Source: an uncultured Pedosphaera sp. (GTDB lineage Bacteria > Verrucomicrobiota > Verrucomicrobiia > Limisphaerales > AAA164-E04). From it: 64,000 nt of DNA. Position 1 is the first letter of the stretch; the number at the start of each line of letters is the position of its first letter. The translations under genes and the position numbers were made by a program. The stretch lies in contig OZ243981.1 of NCBI GenBank assembly GCA_965214825.1, positions 103,964 through 167,963 on the forward strand. The letters run 5' to 3'. This document shows positions 1 through 12,767 of the stretch, piece after piece. The notes under the pieces are model-generated. The model saw only the letters and a program-made list of their open reading frames with translations, did no database searches and was not told the DNA's origin.

Positions 1-359
1 ACCGCGCGTTGCATGAGGGGAATGTGGCTTCGTCGCAGTTTGAATTATACTCTTTTATAATGAGGCAGGGCATCGAAAATATGAGAAAGCTGGTTTATGC
101 TTTTTACAATCCCGATTTCAGTTTCCGGCGGCTGACTGATGCCTATCCAGATTTGGCAGGAGATGTTACTGATTGTTTGTCCGGCGATGTGAATAAGGAC
201 TTTTCCCGTTTATGGAAAGCGGTCGGCGAGTTTGCGCCGCTCCCGGAGGCGCTGCCTTACGGCGTTCCGGCGCCGGACATCCATCAGGCCACTCGGACAG
301 GCAGTTCCATTCGGGAGGCATCAAAGTCTTTTGAAACAGAAGGCCGGCGTTTCGGATGA
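1..359 (+). CDS. 3' end of a probable FAD-dependent oxidoreductase/halogenase-like protein (5' truncated by window edge)
   Basis: C-terminal sequence MRKLVYAFYNPDFSF...DCLSGDVNKDF resembles tails of flavin-dependent halogenase-like proteins; stop overlaps the next ATG (ATGA). Confidence 0.45.
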   Translation, partial: RALHEGNVASSQFELYSFIMRQGIENMRKLVYAFYNPDFSFRRLTDAYPDLAGDVTDCLSGDVNKDFSRLWKAVGEFAPLPEALPYGVPAPDIHQATRTGSSIREASKSFETEGRRFG

Positions 360-1669
360 ACATTTTGCAGATTACTCCCGGCGCCGGAGGGATGTATTGC
401 GGGGCTTGTTTCCGAGACAATGCATTGGTCGGCGCGTTTCGAGGCATGGGGCATTCGGTGGTTTTGTTGCCGCTTTATTTGCCGCTCACTTTGGACGAGC
501 CGGACCAGAGCCGCGGCACTCCCATTTTCTTTGGTGGAATCCATGTTTATTTGGAGGAAAAGTCGGCGCTCTTCCGCCGGTTACCGCGCGGGTTGACCCA
601 ATGGCTGGGTTCGCCCAGGCTCCTGAAATGGACGAGCCGGTTGGCGAGCCGGACGCGCCCCGAAGATGTGGGCGATTTGGCGGTTTCGATGCTCAAAGGG
701 GAAACCGGCAATCAGGCCAGAGAGTTGGACACCCTGCTGGCCTGGCTGCGGGAACAGCCGAAGCCGGATGTGGTTAATCTCTCCAACGCCCTTTTGATTG
801 GTTTGGCGCGGCGTTTGCGGGAGCTGCAGGTTCCGGTAACAGTCACTTTGCAAGGGGAAGACGCTTTTCTGGACGCCTTGCCCGAAAAGAACCGCGTCGA
901 AGCCTGGCAAGTCCTCGGCGAACGTGCGCGGGACGTGGACCGGTTTATTGCGCCTAGCCAATACTTCGGCGATCTGATGCAGCGCTGGATGGGATTCGAC
1001 CGAGCCAAACTCCGCGTAGCGCCGAATGGAATCTGCCTGGACGGATACGCCATGACCACCGCTCCCCAAGACCCGCCAGTGTTGGGATACTTTGCCCGGA
1101 TGTGCCAAGACAAAGGGCTGGACACCTTAGTCCAAAGTTTCCAGCTCCTGAAACAGCGGGAGACGACCAAAACCCTGCGGCTGAAAGTGGGCGGTGGCCT
1201 GGGGACGGCGGATAAACCCCTAGTCCGGCAGCTGCAAAAGCAATTGAAACATCAAGGGCTTGCCAACGACGCCGAGTTTTGCCCCAACCTCTCCCGGCAA
1301 GAAAAAATCGCCTTCCTGAGGCAATTAACCGTTTTCTCGACGCCCGCACTCTACGGAGAAAGTTTCGGACTCTACATCATCGAAGCCCTGGCCGCAGGCG
1401 TCCCCGTCGTCCAACCGCGACACGCCGCCTTCCCAGAAATCATCGAACAAACGCAAGGCGGCATCCTCTGCCGGCCGGGAGACCCGAAAGCCTTGGCCGA
1501 CAGCATCGAATCCCTGCTGCTCCATCCGAAAAAAGCGCGGGAAATAGGCGAATGCGGCCGCCAGGCCGTCCAGCGGCATTACAGCGTCGAGGCCATGGCC
1601 GGGAGGATTATCGGCATTTACGAAAACCTGCGGCAACATCAAGCGCCCGCCCCTCGCACCGCAAGCTAA
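356..1669 (+). CDS. Glycosyltransferase family 4 (GT-B)
   Basis: 437-aa ORF with GT4 C-terminal motif ESFGLYIIEALAAGVPVV and KGLDTL. Confidence 0.9.
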   Translation: MNILQITPGAGGMYCGACFRDNALVGAFRGMGHSVVLLPLYLPLTLDEPDQSRGTPIFFGGIHVYLEEKSALFRRLPRGLTQWLGSPRLLKWTSRLASRTRPEDVGDLAVSMLKGETGNQARELDTLLAWLREQPKPDVVNLSNALLIGLARRLRELQVPVTVTLQGEDAFLDALPEKNRVEAWQVLGERARDVDRFIAPSQYFGDLMQRWMGFDRAKLRVAPNGICLDGYAMTTAPQDPPVLGYFARMCQDKGLDTLVQSFQLLKQRETTKTLRLKVGGGLGTADKPLVRQLQKQLKHQGLANDAEFCPNLSRQEKIAFLRQLTVFSTPALYGESFGLYIIEALAAGVPVVQPRHAAFPEIIEQTQGGILCRPGDPKALADSIESLLLHPKKAREIGECGRQAVQRHYSVEAMAGRIIGIYENLRQHQAPAPRTAS

Positions 1670-1705
1670 AGCGCCTCGTCTTCATCTTCACGGCCCAAGT
1701 CTGCC

Positions 1706-3345
1706 TCATTCCAAGTCCACCCCTTCTAGATTGGCACCCTCTAAATTTGCGCCTTCTCTTTTCGCCTCTTGCAAGTCTGCCTCCTGCAAGTTCGTCCCCC
1801 GCAAGTCTGCTTCCCGCAAGTCCGCCATCCGCAAGTCCGCCTCCTGCAAGTCTGCCTCCTGCAAGTCTGCCCATCGCAAGTTTGCCTTCTGCAAGTTCGC
1901 CTCCTGCAAGTGAGCCTCTTGCAAGTGCGCCCCCTGCAAGTCTGTCTCCTGCAAGTCTGCTCTCCGCAAGTCCGCCTTCTGCAAGTCTGCTCCCCGCAAG
2001 TGCGCCTCCTGCAAATGCGCCTCTTCCAAGTTCGTCTCCCGCAAGTTCGCCATCCACAAGTTCGCCTCCTGCAAGTCTGCCTCTTCCAAGTGCGCCCCCT
2101 GCAAGTGCGCCCCCTGCAAGTCTGCCTTCTGCAAGTCTGCCTCCTGCAAGTCTGCCCATCGCAAGTTTGCCTTCTGCAAGTGCGCCCCCTGCAAGTGCGC
2201 CCCCTGCAAGTGAGCCTCTTGCAAGTGAGCCCCCTGCAAGTCTGTCTCCTGCAAGTCTGCTCTCCGCAAGTCCGCCTTCTGCAAGTCTGCTCTCCGCAAG
2301 TCCGCCTTCTGCAAGTCTGCTCCCCGCAAGTTCGCCTCCTGCAAGTTCGCCTCCTGCAAGTCTCGCCTCTTGCAAGTTCGTCCCCCGCAAGTCTCGTGCC
2401 CCCTTCTGCAAGTTTGCCTCCGCAAGTTCGCCTCTTGCAAGTTCGCCTCTTGCAAGTCTGCCCCGCAAGTCTGCTCCCCGCAAGTCCGCCCCTTCTGCAA
2501 GTCCGCCTTCCGCAAGTGCGCAAGTTCCCCTTCTGCAAGTTCGCCCCCCGCAAGTCTGCCTCCCCCCGCAAGTCTGCATGCCAATCGCAAGTGTGCCCCC
2601 CACAAGTTCGTCCCCAGCAAGCAAGTTTGCCCCCTGCGCCTCCTGCAAGTTCGCCCTCCGCAAGTTTGCCTCCTGCAAGTGCACCCCCCGCAAGTTCGTT
2701 CCCAGCAAGTTCGCCTCCTGCAAGTTCTGCCTTCTTGCAAGTCTGCCCCCTGCAAGTCTGCCTTCTGCAAGTCTGCCTTCTGCAAGTCTGCATGCTGCAA
2801 GCGCGCCTCCTGCAAGTGCGCCCCTGCAAGTTCGCCGCTCAAGTTCGCCTCTTGCAAGTTCGTCCCCCGCAAGTCTGCCCCCTGCAAGTCTGCCTCCCGC
2901 AAGTGCGCCTCCTGCAAGTCTGCCTTCTGCAAGTTCGTCTGCTCCCCGCAAGTCCGTCCCCTGCAAGTGCGCAAGTCCCCTGCAAGTGAGCAAGTCCCCC
3001 CTGCAAGTGCGCCCCCTGCAAGTCTGCTCCCCGCAAGTCTACCTTCTGCAAGTGCGCCCCCTGCAAGTGCGCCCCTCCTGCAAGTTCGTCGTCTACCCAT
3101 CGCAAGTTTGCCTTCTGCAAGTTCGCCTCCTGCAAGTCTGCCTTCTGCAAGTTCGCCTCCTGCAAGTTTGCCTCCTGCAAGTTCGTCCCCCGCAAGTCTG
3201 CCTCCTGCAAGTCTGCATGCTGCAAGTTCGCCCCCTGCAAGTCCGCCTCCTGCAAGTTCGCCCCCCGCAAGTCTGCTCCCTGTAGAGCTGCTTTATTGCC
3301 TGATCGAAAGGCCGCGAGTTTCTCTTGGATTTCGTTTTCGGTCAT
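1706..3345 (-). pseudogene. Pentapeptide-repeat protein, multiply frameshifted
   Basis: About 1.55 kb of 15-bp units encoding A(D/N/H)L(Q/R)x. The N-terminus MTENEIQEKL is in ORF 2839..3345, the clean C-terminal run is in ORF 1706..3100, and the register switches frame repeatedly at about 2360-3100. Confidence 0.8.
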
Positions 3346-3364
3346 GGTTTTGTTTGGATTGTTG

Positions 3365-3538
3365 CGCGATAATAAGTTGCGGCCTTTAAGAATGGGTTTG
3401 GGCTATGGCGATGGGGACATGGAGGCACAGGATACACAAGAGGAACCTTCCGGTTGATGGCAAGCCATCAAAAATCCTGTTTATCCTGTCTCTCCATGTT
3501 CCTCTTCGCAGCATATAAAGCCCTAACTATTCATCGCG
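3365..3538. repeat. Long imperfect inverted-repeat element (MITE/REP-like)
   Basis: Outer arms CGCGATAATAAG...CTTTA / TAAAGCCC...TATTCATCGCG; inner arms ACATGGAGGCACAGGATA / TATCCTGTCTCTCCATGT; shares a GGAGGCA(C/G)AGGAT motif with the elements at 7337 and 40663. Confidence 0.6.
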
Positions 3539-3628
3539 AAATGATTCTGAAGTATAGGAATTCCTTTGCCAACGGGAAGCGGAATTTGCCAAAGTGGGTG
3601 TTGCGCTGCCGCGCGGGAGTTTGGCTGC

Positions 3629-4069
3629 ATGATGGCAAGTCGATTTATTTATAGGCGCCGGGTGGAGTTTGCCGATACGGACATGGCGGGGATTATGCAC
3701 TTTTCCGCCATTTTCCGTTTTATGGAATCGGCGGAACATGCCTTTCTCCGCAGTCTCGGGTATTCGGTAATTCTCCGCGATTGCGATCCGGCAGCAGGGT
3801 TTCCTCGCGTTCGGGCGGAGGCGGATTTTCGCCGGCCGTTTCGGTTTGAGGACGAGATCGAGATTGAGCTGAATGTGCGGGAGAAGCGGGAGAAGTCGCT
3901 GACTTACGGTTTTGAATTGCGCCTGGCGGGAGACTCCGAGGCGCGGGCAGTCGGCTCGATGACGGTGGTTTGTGTTTGCCGGGGGCCGGACGGAGAGATG
4001 GCAGCTATTGAGCTGCCGCCGGTTCTGGCGGCGAAGATCGAAGCGGCCGAGGAAATCAAAGACCGTTGA
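3629..4069 (+). CDS. Acyl-CoA thioesterase (4HBT/YbgC-like hotdog fold)
   Basis: RRVEFADTDMAGIMHFS motif; ATG at 3629 chosen within ORF 3566..4069. Confidence 0.88.
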   Translation: MMASRFIYRRRVEFADTDMAGIMHFSAIFRFMESAEHAFLRSLGYSVILRDCDPAAGFPRVRAEADFRRPFRFEDEIEIELNVREKREKSLTYGFELRLAGDSEARAVGSMTVVCVCRGPDGEMAAIELPPVLAAKIEAAEEIKDR

Positions 4070-4157
4070 TTTTCGGCGGGCAAGCCGGCTATCTTCTGCC
4101 GGGCAAGATTGGAAAATGGCAACGATTATGGGAACGGAAACATCATCGGGAGCGAGC

Positions 4158-4694
4158 ATGGCCTGGCTCTATTTTGCATTGCTTACTGTAGCGTGCTGGG
4201 GCTTGTATGGCATCCTGTTGCACAAGGGACAGGTAACAATGGGCGACCCGGAGAACGGGCGTTACAAGGCATTTTTGTTTGTGGGGATTGCTTACTTTTT
4301 GGCGGCGGTTTTGGCGCCGCTGGTCTTGTTGTGGTATCGGGGGGCGGCGCTTAGCGGTTACACGGGCGCCGGTATATGGTGGTCTTTGGCAGCGGGCATT
4401 GCAGGGGCGGTTGGGGCCTTTGGCGTGTTGCTGGCTTTCGGCGCCAAAGGGACTCCGGCAGTGGTGATGTCAATTATTTTCGCTGGAGCGCCAATTGTGA
4501 ACGCCGCTGTGTCGCTCCTTCTCCATCCGCCGGCGGGAGGTTTCGGCGCGATTCGGCTGCCGTTTTATTTGGGCATTTTTTTGGCAGCGCTCGGCGGCAT
4601 GTTAGTGACACTCTTCAAACCCAAGCCGGGACCACCCAAACCCAAGCCCGTGATGGTGAAGACTTTTCCCGCTTATCTGGACAAAGGCGATTGA
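4158..4694 (+). CDS. Small multi-pass membrane protein (DMT/EamA-like)
   Basis: About five Gly/Ala-rich hydrophobic segments; start uncertain. Confidence 0.65.
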   Translation: MAWLYFALLTVACWGLYGILLHKGQVTMGDPENGRYKAFLFVGIAYFLAAVLAPLVLLWYRGAALSGYTGAGIWWSLAAGIAGAVGAFGVLLAFGAKGTPAVVMSIIFAGAPIVNAAVSLLLHPPAGGFGAIRLPFYLGIFLAALGGMLVTLFKPKPGPPKPKPVMVKTFPAYLDKGD

Positions 4695-4725
4695 CCCCCC
4701 TCGCCGGGGCTTTGCGCGGAGTTTG

Positions 4726-6033
4726 ATGCAGGACGCCGTTCATCCTTCCAGGCAGGATTTAGAAGCCCGGCAACTGGCCTTGTTGAACCGGCTTTTGCAG
4801 GAAACGCTCGCCGCCAATCCCTTCTACCGCAACAAGGCTGGCATCGAGCCAGAGCAGGCAGCCTTCTCCTCGCTGGCCGAGTTCAAAAAACGATTCCCGC
4901 TGACCACCCGGGCGGAATGGACGGCGGACCAGAAAGCGCACCCCCCTTACGGCACCAATCTCGCCTATCCGCCAAACCGCTACACCCGCTGCCATCAGAC
5001 GAGCGGCACCTCCGGCTTGCCCATGCGCTGGCTAGACACGCCGGAGAGTTGGGATTGCATCCTGGACGATTGGATCGAAGTGATGCAGGCTGCCGGCTTG
5101 TGCCCGGAAGACCGCTTCTTCTTTGCCTTCTCCTTCGGTCCTTTCCTCGGCTTTTGGGCAGCTTTTGAAGCGGCTTTGAAGCGGGGAAGTTTCTGCTTGC
5201 CGGGCGGCGGGATGACTACGGAAACCCGCTTGCAAGCAATCGTCAAAAACGCCATCACAGTCTTGGCCTGCACGCCCACCTACGCCCTGCGAATGGGCGA
5301 AACCGCCGCTGCCCTGAAAATCAAACGGGAACAACTGCCACTGCGCTGCATCCTGGTCGCCGGTGAACCCGGCGGAAGCCTCCCCGCAATGCGCCGGCGC
5401 TTGGCCGAATTGTGGCCTTCGGCTTCGGTCTTCGACCATCACGGCATGACGGAGACAGGCCCCGTTTCCTTCCAATGCCCCGCCCGCCCCGGCACGCTTC
5501 ACATCATCGACTCCTCCTATCTCGCGGAAGTGCTGAACCCGGAGACCGAATCCGCAGTCACTCCCGGCGAACGCGGGGAGCTAGTCTTGACCACCTTGCG
5601 GCGAACCGGCTCTCCGCTGATTCGTTACCGGACAGGGGATTTGGTCCAACTGGCGCCGCCTGAAACTTGCGGCTGCGGCCGGAGCCACACAGCGCTCGAC
5701 GGCGGCATCATCGGCCGGTGCGACGACATGATCATCGTGCGCGGAGTGAATGTCTACCCCGGCGCGATTGACGAAATTGTTCGGAGCGTCGCCGGCGGCG
5801 CCGAATACCAAGTCAACATCAGCGAACGCCGCAGTTTGACAGAACTGGCCATCCGAATCGAAACACCAGGCAGCAAAGCATCGGCAGTGACTCAAAACCT
5901 CGAACGCGCATTGAGGCAGCGCTTGGCCCTGCGCATCCCCGTTGAGCCGGTTCCACTCCAAACCCTCCCTCGATTCGAGATGAAAGCCCGCCGCTGGGTA
6001 AAAACAGAAAAGACGCAAGGCATCCGAGACTAA
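4726..6033 (+). CDS. Phenylacetate-CoA ligase family (PaaK-like AMP-dependent ligase)
   Basis: QTSGTSG P-loop, HGMTETG, IRYRTGD and GRCDDMIIVRGVNVYP motifs. Confidence 0.88.
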   Translation: MQDAVHPSRQDLEARQLALLNRLLQETLAANPFYRNKAGIEPEQAAFSSLAEFKKRFPLTTRAEWTADQKAHPPYGTNLAYPPNRYTRCHQTSGTSGLPMRWLDTPESWDCILDDWIEVMQAAGLCPEDRFFFAFSFGPFLGFWAAFEAALKRGSFCLPGGGMTTETRLQAIVKNAITVLACTPTYALRMGETAAALKIKREQLPLRCILVAGEPGGSLPAMRRRLAELWPSASVFDHHGMTETGPVSFQCPARPGTLHIIDSSYLAEVLNPETESAVTPGERGELVLTTLRRTGSPLIRYRTGDLVQLAPPETCGCGRSHTALDGGIIGRCDDMIIVRGVNVYPGAIDEIVRSVAGGAEYQVNISERRSLTELAIRIETPGSKASAVTQNLERALRQRLALRIPVEPVPLQTLPRFEMKARRWVKTEKTQGIRD

Positions 6034-6061
6034 TTAGCGCCGTCCAGGAAATTGCCAACGC

Positions 6062-6168
6062 AGAAGTGAGCCTTCACCCTCCCCGCCATCTGCCGCCACT
6101 CAGTTTTGTCGGCCTCCAAGCCGACGGAACTGGAGAAGTGAGCCTTCACCCTTCCCGCCACCTGCCGC
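6062..6168. repeat. 35-bp direct repeat (6062-6096 and 6134-6168) duplicating the 3' end of the FHA-AIM24 gene
   Basis: AGAAGTGAGCCTTCACCCT(C/T)CCCGCCA(T/C)CTGCCGC, 2 mismatches, 72-bp period. Confidence 0.85.
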
Positions 6169-7275
6169 AGACATCATCCGGCCGGCCAAACGGCTGAGAG
6201 GAAGAGATTGCAGCCAGACCTTGCCGGGACCGCGCAAAGTCGCAAAGAAAAGACCTTCCCCACCGAACAAAGCTGACTTGATTTTGCCGACATACTGGAT
6301 GTCGAAACGAACAGTGGCTTGATAGGCAACTACACAGCCGGTATCCACCCGCAGCATTTCCCCCGGATACAGCTCCTTTTCATAAAGCGTCCCCCCGGCA
6401 TGAATAAAAGCCCAGCCGTCCCCCTGAAGATGCTGCATAATAAAGCCCTCACCGCCAAACAGCCCCGCCCCGAGCCGCTTCTGAAAAGCGATGCCGACGC
6501 TGACGCCCTTGGCGGCACAAAGGAACGAGTCTTTCTGCGCAATCAACTCGCCGCCCAAATCGGCAAGATGGGCAGGGATAATTTTGCCCGGATAAGGAGC
6601 GCCAAACGAAACCCGCTGCTTGTTCGCGCCCCGGTTGAGAAAAACCGTCATAAAAAGCGACTCGCCGGTCAGCAAACGTTTGCCGGCGCTCATCAAACTC
6701 CCCAAAAAGCCGCTGCTCTGCTGCGAACCGTCGCCAAAGATCGTCTCCATTTCAATGCCGCTCTCCATATACATCATACCGCCGGCCTCGGCGACCACCG
6801 CCTCCTGCGGGTCCAGCTCAATCTCGACAAACTGCATCTCCTCCCCGTAAATCCGGTAATCAACTTTGTGCATCTCTGGCATATCCGCGTCCTTCTCTTC
6901 TCGTATAATCGTTCGACTAATTGTGCGGCGTCCAGCCTGTTTCAGCACAATCGTTTTTTCCATATCGCTTGACATCCCGGCTTTCTCTCCGGTCTCCAAG
7001 CGAATCTCAACCTGCCCCAACCGCAGAATCTTCCCGGGAGGCAGCAGCATTTCCGAGTTCACCTTTTTGCCTGCGATGAAAGTGCCGTTAGTGGAGCCCA
7101 AATCCTTGATATAGACCTTCCCTTCCCGGAGGTGAACCTCGCAATGGCGACCGGAAACCGAGCTTTTCGGAATCGGGAAGGCATTGTCCTTCATGCGGCC
7201 AATGGTAGTCTTACCCATTTTAAGTTCGCACGTCTTCCCCGCAAATCCCTCGCTTAACACGACAAGTTTGACCAT
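6100..7275 (-). CDS. FHA domain fused to AIM24/TIGR00266-family domain
   Basis: N-terminal FHA motifs ([18 protein letters not shown]); C-terminal [19 protein letters not shown] and GLFGGEGF motifs of TIGR00266. Confidence 0.85.
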   Translation of the reverse strand: MVKLVVLSEGFAGKTCELKMGKTTIGRMKDNAFPIPKSSVSGRHCEVHLREGKVYIKDLGSTNGTFIAGKKVNSEMLLPPGKILRLGQVEIRLETGEKAGMSSDMEKTIVLKQAGRRTISRTIIREEKDADMPEMHKVDYRIYGEEMQFVEIELDPQEAVVAEAGGMMYMESGIEMETIFGDGSQQSSGFLGSLMSAGKRLLTGESLFMTVFLNRGANKQRVSFGAPYPGKIIPAHLADLGGELIAQKDSFLCAAKGVSVGIAFQKRLGAGLFGGEGFIMQHLQGDGWAFIHAGGTLYEKELYPGEMLRVDTGCVVAYQATVRFDIQYVGKIKSALFGGEGLFFATLRGPGKVWLQSLPLSRLAGRMMSAAGGGKGEGSLLQFRRLGGRQN

Positions 7276-7336
7276 ACCGACTGATTAAAGGAACACATTA
7301 TCCCCGGAGTTTCCCCCTCAAGTCAAACCGTTTTTC

Positions 7337-7497
7337 CGCAATAAGCATTTGTGGGCTTCGAGGGTTTTGGAGGGCGATTTCGTTCGGGACACGTGGATGG
7401 ACAGGAGGCAGAGGATTGGATTTTTTGTTAAGCGGGTGGCGGTCAACGGGTCGAGTGCCTGCGCGTCACCCTGTTAAGCCCGTAAATATTTATCGCG
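7337..7497. mobile_element. MITE-like element, copy 1
   Basis: Terminal inverted repeats CGCAATAAGCATTTGTGGGCTT / AAGCCCGTAAATATTTATCGCG; internal sequence similar to copies at 40663 and 47317. Confidence 0.75.
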
Positions 7498-7640
7498 CAA
7501 TTCTTAGCTCTCGCAGCGTTCCGGCGGGAAGGGTTGAACAGAGGTGGGTTCATTTATGGGATTTCGCCGCGAGAGTGTGGATAGAGCGCGGCTAGTCGAG
7601 GGATGGTGGTTTGCGCCGCCGTCCAATGGTCGCCTAATTT

Positions 7641-8576
7641 TTACCCTGTTAGATTGAGCAGACATTCGAGTTCCTTGATGATTGTAAGCGTTGATCGGGC
7701 CCTTTGGGAGGGAATATCCGTTGCTCGCAAGATTCGCTGTTTTAGTCGTTTTAAAGCAACAGATATCTGGGAGTCGGTTGTGCTTTCTTGAAATGTTTTT
7801 AAGAACTCCCGCCAATAAACCGTCTTCACACCACACAATTGCGCATTGTCGAGTTTCTTAATATAGGTGGCCATCATTCCCGTGCGTGCCAAGCGGCCGA
7901 AGTTGCCTCCGCTGTCTGAATTTGGTTTGTCGAGAATTGGATCGATCTTATTAGGATACGGACTGATCCCATCCGGAATTTTAATGTCCGTAGATTGTTT
8001 TGTTTTTCGGATATATCGCCAGTGATAGTTGCGATATTCTGCAGCAAAATTCGCTGATTCAACAAATGGTTCAAAGAGAATCGGAGAGCCGCTGATGACG
8101 TTTCCTAAAACCCATGGAACTACAACGATCAAATCTTGTTTTGCACAGGCGGCAGCGGTAGTTTGAAATCTTAAACTGGGTTCAGTTTCTTTTGCAAGCA
8201 AATACCAACTTTTCAGTTCGATGCCCAGGAGAATTTCACCGTCTGATATTTTACGTAATAGAATATCGGGAAAAGTCTGCGCTTGCCGCATGAAACTGTA
8301 GAGGGCATATTTTTCTTCCGGATCCCATGTATTTCGTATCAAGTTCAACGTTCGTACAACCTGCTCTTCAATTGTTGCTCCGAGCACGGTGTTTAGAGTG
8401 TGCAGATCCGTGGCCATGATTCCGGAAATATGAGTTTCCGTGCGGAAATAGATCGGCAGAGACGCGAGAGCCTCGCGAATATTTTTATAGAGTTGAAAGT
8501 GTTCCCAGTTATTTATGGGGAGTTTTCTTGTTGGAGGAATTGGAACTGCCAGGTTGCTTTTCTGACTTATAAAGCG
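7641..8576 (-). CDS. Putative type II restriction endonuclease (PD-(D/E)xK fold)
   Basis: FPDILL...GIELKSW motif; directly downstream of and overlapping a DNA methyltransferase gene; AT-richer than flanks. Start uncertain (ORF open from 8693). Confidence 0.65.
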   Translation of the reverse strand, partial: RFISQKSNLAVPIPPTRKLPINNWEHFQLYKNIREALASLPIYFRTETHISGIMATDLHTLNTVLGATIEEQVVRTLNLIRNTWDPEEKYALYSFMRQAQTFPDILLRKISDGEILLGIELKSWYLLAKETEPSLRFQTTAAACAKQDLIVVVPWVLGNVISGSPILFEPFVESANFAAEYRNYHWRYIRKTKQSTDIKIPDGISPYPNKIDPILDKPNSDSGGNFGRLARTGMMATYIKKLDNAQLCGVKTVYWREFLKTFQESTTDSQISVALKRLKQRILRATDIPSQRARSTLTIIKELECLLNLTG

Positions 8577-9634
8577 GCTAACCTTTCCACAGCGGCGTTG
8601 TAGAATTCGGGAATTATTTCCGTTGCATAGTATTGACGAGCGGAATGATAGGACACTATCGCGCCTGGGCATAAGCCGCCAAAAGGCTCCCAAACGACGT
8701 CGCCTTTGTCCGTCGAAGATCGAATAATCAAATCGATGAATTTCAATGGCTTTTGGCTACCGTGTAAACTGCGGTATTTATATTTCATTTCATTGCGCGA
8801 CCCCTGAATCCGTTCAGAACCGCTGACTTGTGCTTCGCGCCAAACATTAGTAACGCCTATGTCGCATTTGAATTTTGCACGGAGTTTGGCCCACTGACGA
8901 CCAGCAACCGGGCATTTACCGTCTACGCTGAAATAGGGCCGGCCGGCCGGATTGCCGCGTTCATTTGCATAATTGGCTAGTTTTACAAAAGTACCCACTG
9001 GCGGATAGTACCAAAGATGGTCGGTGGTAAGGTATTTTCGAGTGGCAGCATTGCGAACCCCACACGCTTCATTAGCCAGTCGCAACGGCAATCCTGTACG
9101 CTTCCATTCATATCGAAGCCATTGCTGCATTGTTACAGACTTCCCGGTGATTGGAAAACTGGCAGCCTTGACGTAATGCACGCAAACCTCTGTCACTACG
9201 GGAAATTTTCTCAAGGTTTGTGTGTTGGCATTGCCGGCGATGTGTCCAAGTCCCTTATCCCAAATATTGCAACAGCGGTACTCCCAACCGTGCGCGAGCA
9301 AGACCGGGTGCACAGTTGCCCAGCCTATTTCGGTGCTCCAAAACCACAAGGTTGTCATTGGAGTGGAACGTTCGCTCCATGCCTTGATGTGCGGTTCGTA
9401 CCAATCCGCCAAGGATGCCACCGTGCGCCGATCTCCGGGAAAGCCATTGATTCCATAAGGACCATCAGAAATAATACACGTTGGAGTTGGCCAGTCTGCG
9501 TAGTAGTTTTCGGCACGGTCAAAATAAATGGACGATTGAGCGCGGATGTAGCGCTGATCAACTCGAAGTTTTGTTCGGTGTTGTGGCTCCATCGAAAACA
9601 TAGAACTTCCTAATATGCTCGTATTATCTCTCAT
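8567..9634 (-). CDS. Amino (N4-C/N6-A) DNA methyltransferase, beta-class motif order
   Basis: Catalytic-like IISDGPY near the N-terminus; HGSQKPL and SAM-binding VWEPFGG near the C-terminus. Confidence 0.85.
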   Translation of the reverse strand: MRDNTSILGSSMFSMEPQHRTKLRVDQRYIRAQSSIYFDRAENYYADWPTPTCIISDGPYGINGFPGDRRTVASLADWYEPHIKAWSERSTPMTTLWFWSTEIGWATVHPVLLAHGWEYRCCNIWDKGLGHIAGNANTQTLRKFPVVTEVCVHYVKAASFPITGKSVTMQQWLRYEWKRTGLPLRLANEACGVRNAATRKYLTTDHLWYYPPVGTFVKLANYANERGNPAGRPYFSVDGKCPVAGRQWAKLRAKFKCDIGVTNVWREAQVSGSERIQGSRNEMKYKYRSLHGSQKPLKFIDLIIRSSTDKGDVVWEPFGGLCPGAIVSYHSARQYYATEIIPEFYNAAVERLAAL

Positions 9635-9874
9635 TCCAACGCTATTATGTTGACGACCACTATCACAGAGTTTGCTTTGGCGTCAAGAAATCCCCCGGCG
9701 AGTTTTTTCAAAGGGATTGCTGTTTTGCCATTCTTTTTCTCCAAGTTCATAAAATCTTTCGATTCTGCGGATTATGATTTCGGCATAGAGGGGGGTTGAT
9801 GTCGCAGGTGAAACATTTTCGGTTGTGTTTTGAGGCGACAGAATGGAATGAGTTGTTTTCTGGTTTCGGGATGT

Positions 9875-12728
<2,854 letters not shown>

Positions 12729-12767
12729 AATAGGGAGGGGCGGCGGTTAGCTGGATTGTGGCGGCGA

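Noticed and set aside
1706-3290. 15-bp periodic repeats as a CRISPR array, and the long plus-strand ORFs 1279..3285 and 1769..2989
   Set aside because: No unique spacers; the period matches pentapeptide coding on the minus strand, and the plus-strand ORFs are shadows of the repeat.
6062-6168. 35-bp repeat pair with 37-bp gap as a CRISPR unit
   Set aside because: Only two copies, not palindromic, and one copy is in-frame coding sequence, so a local duplication explains it.
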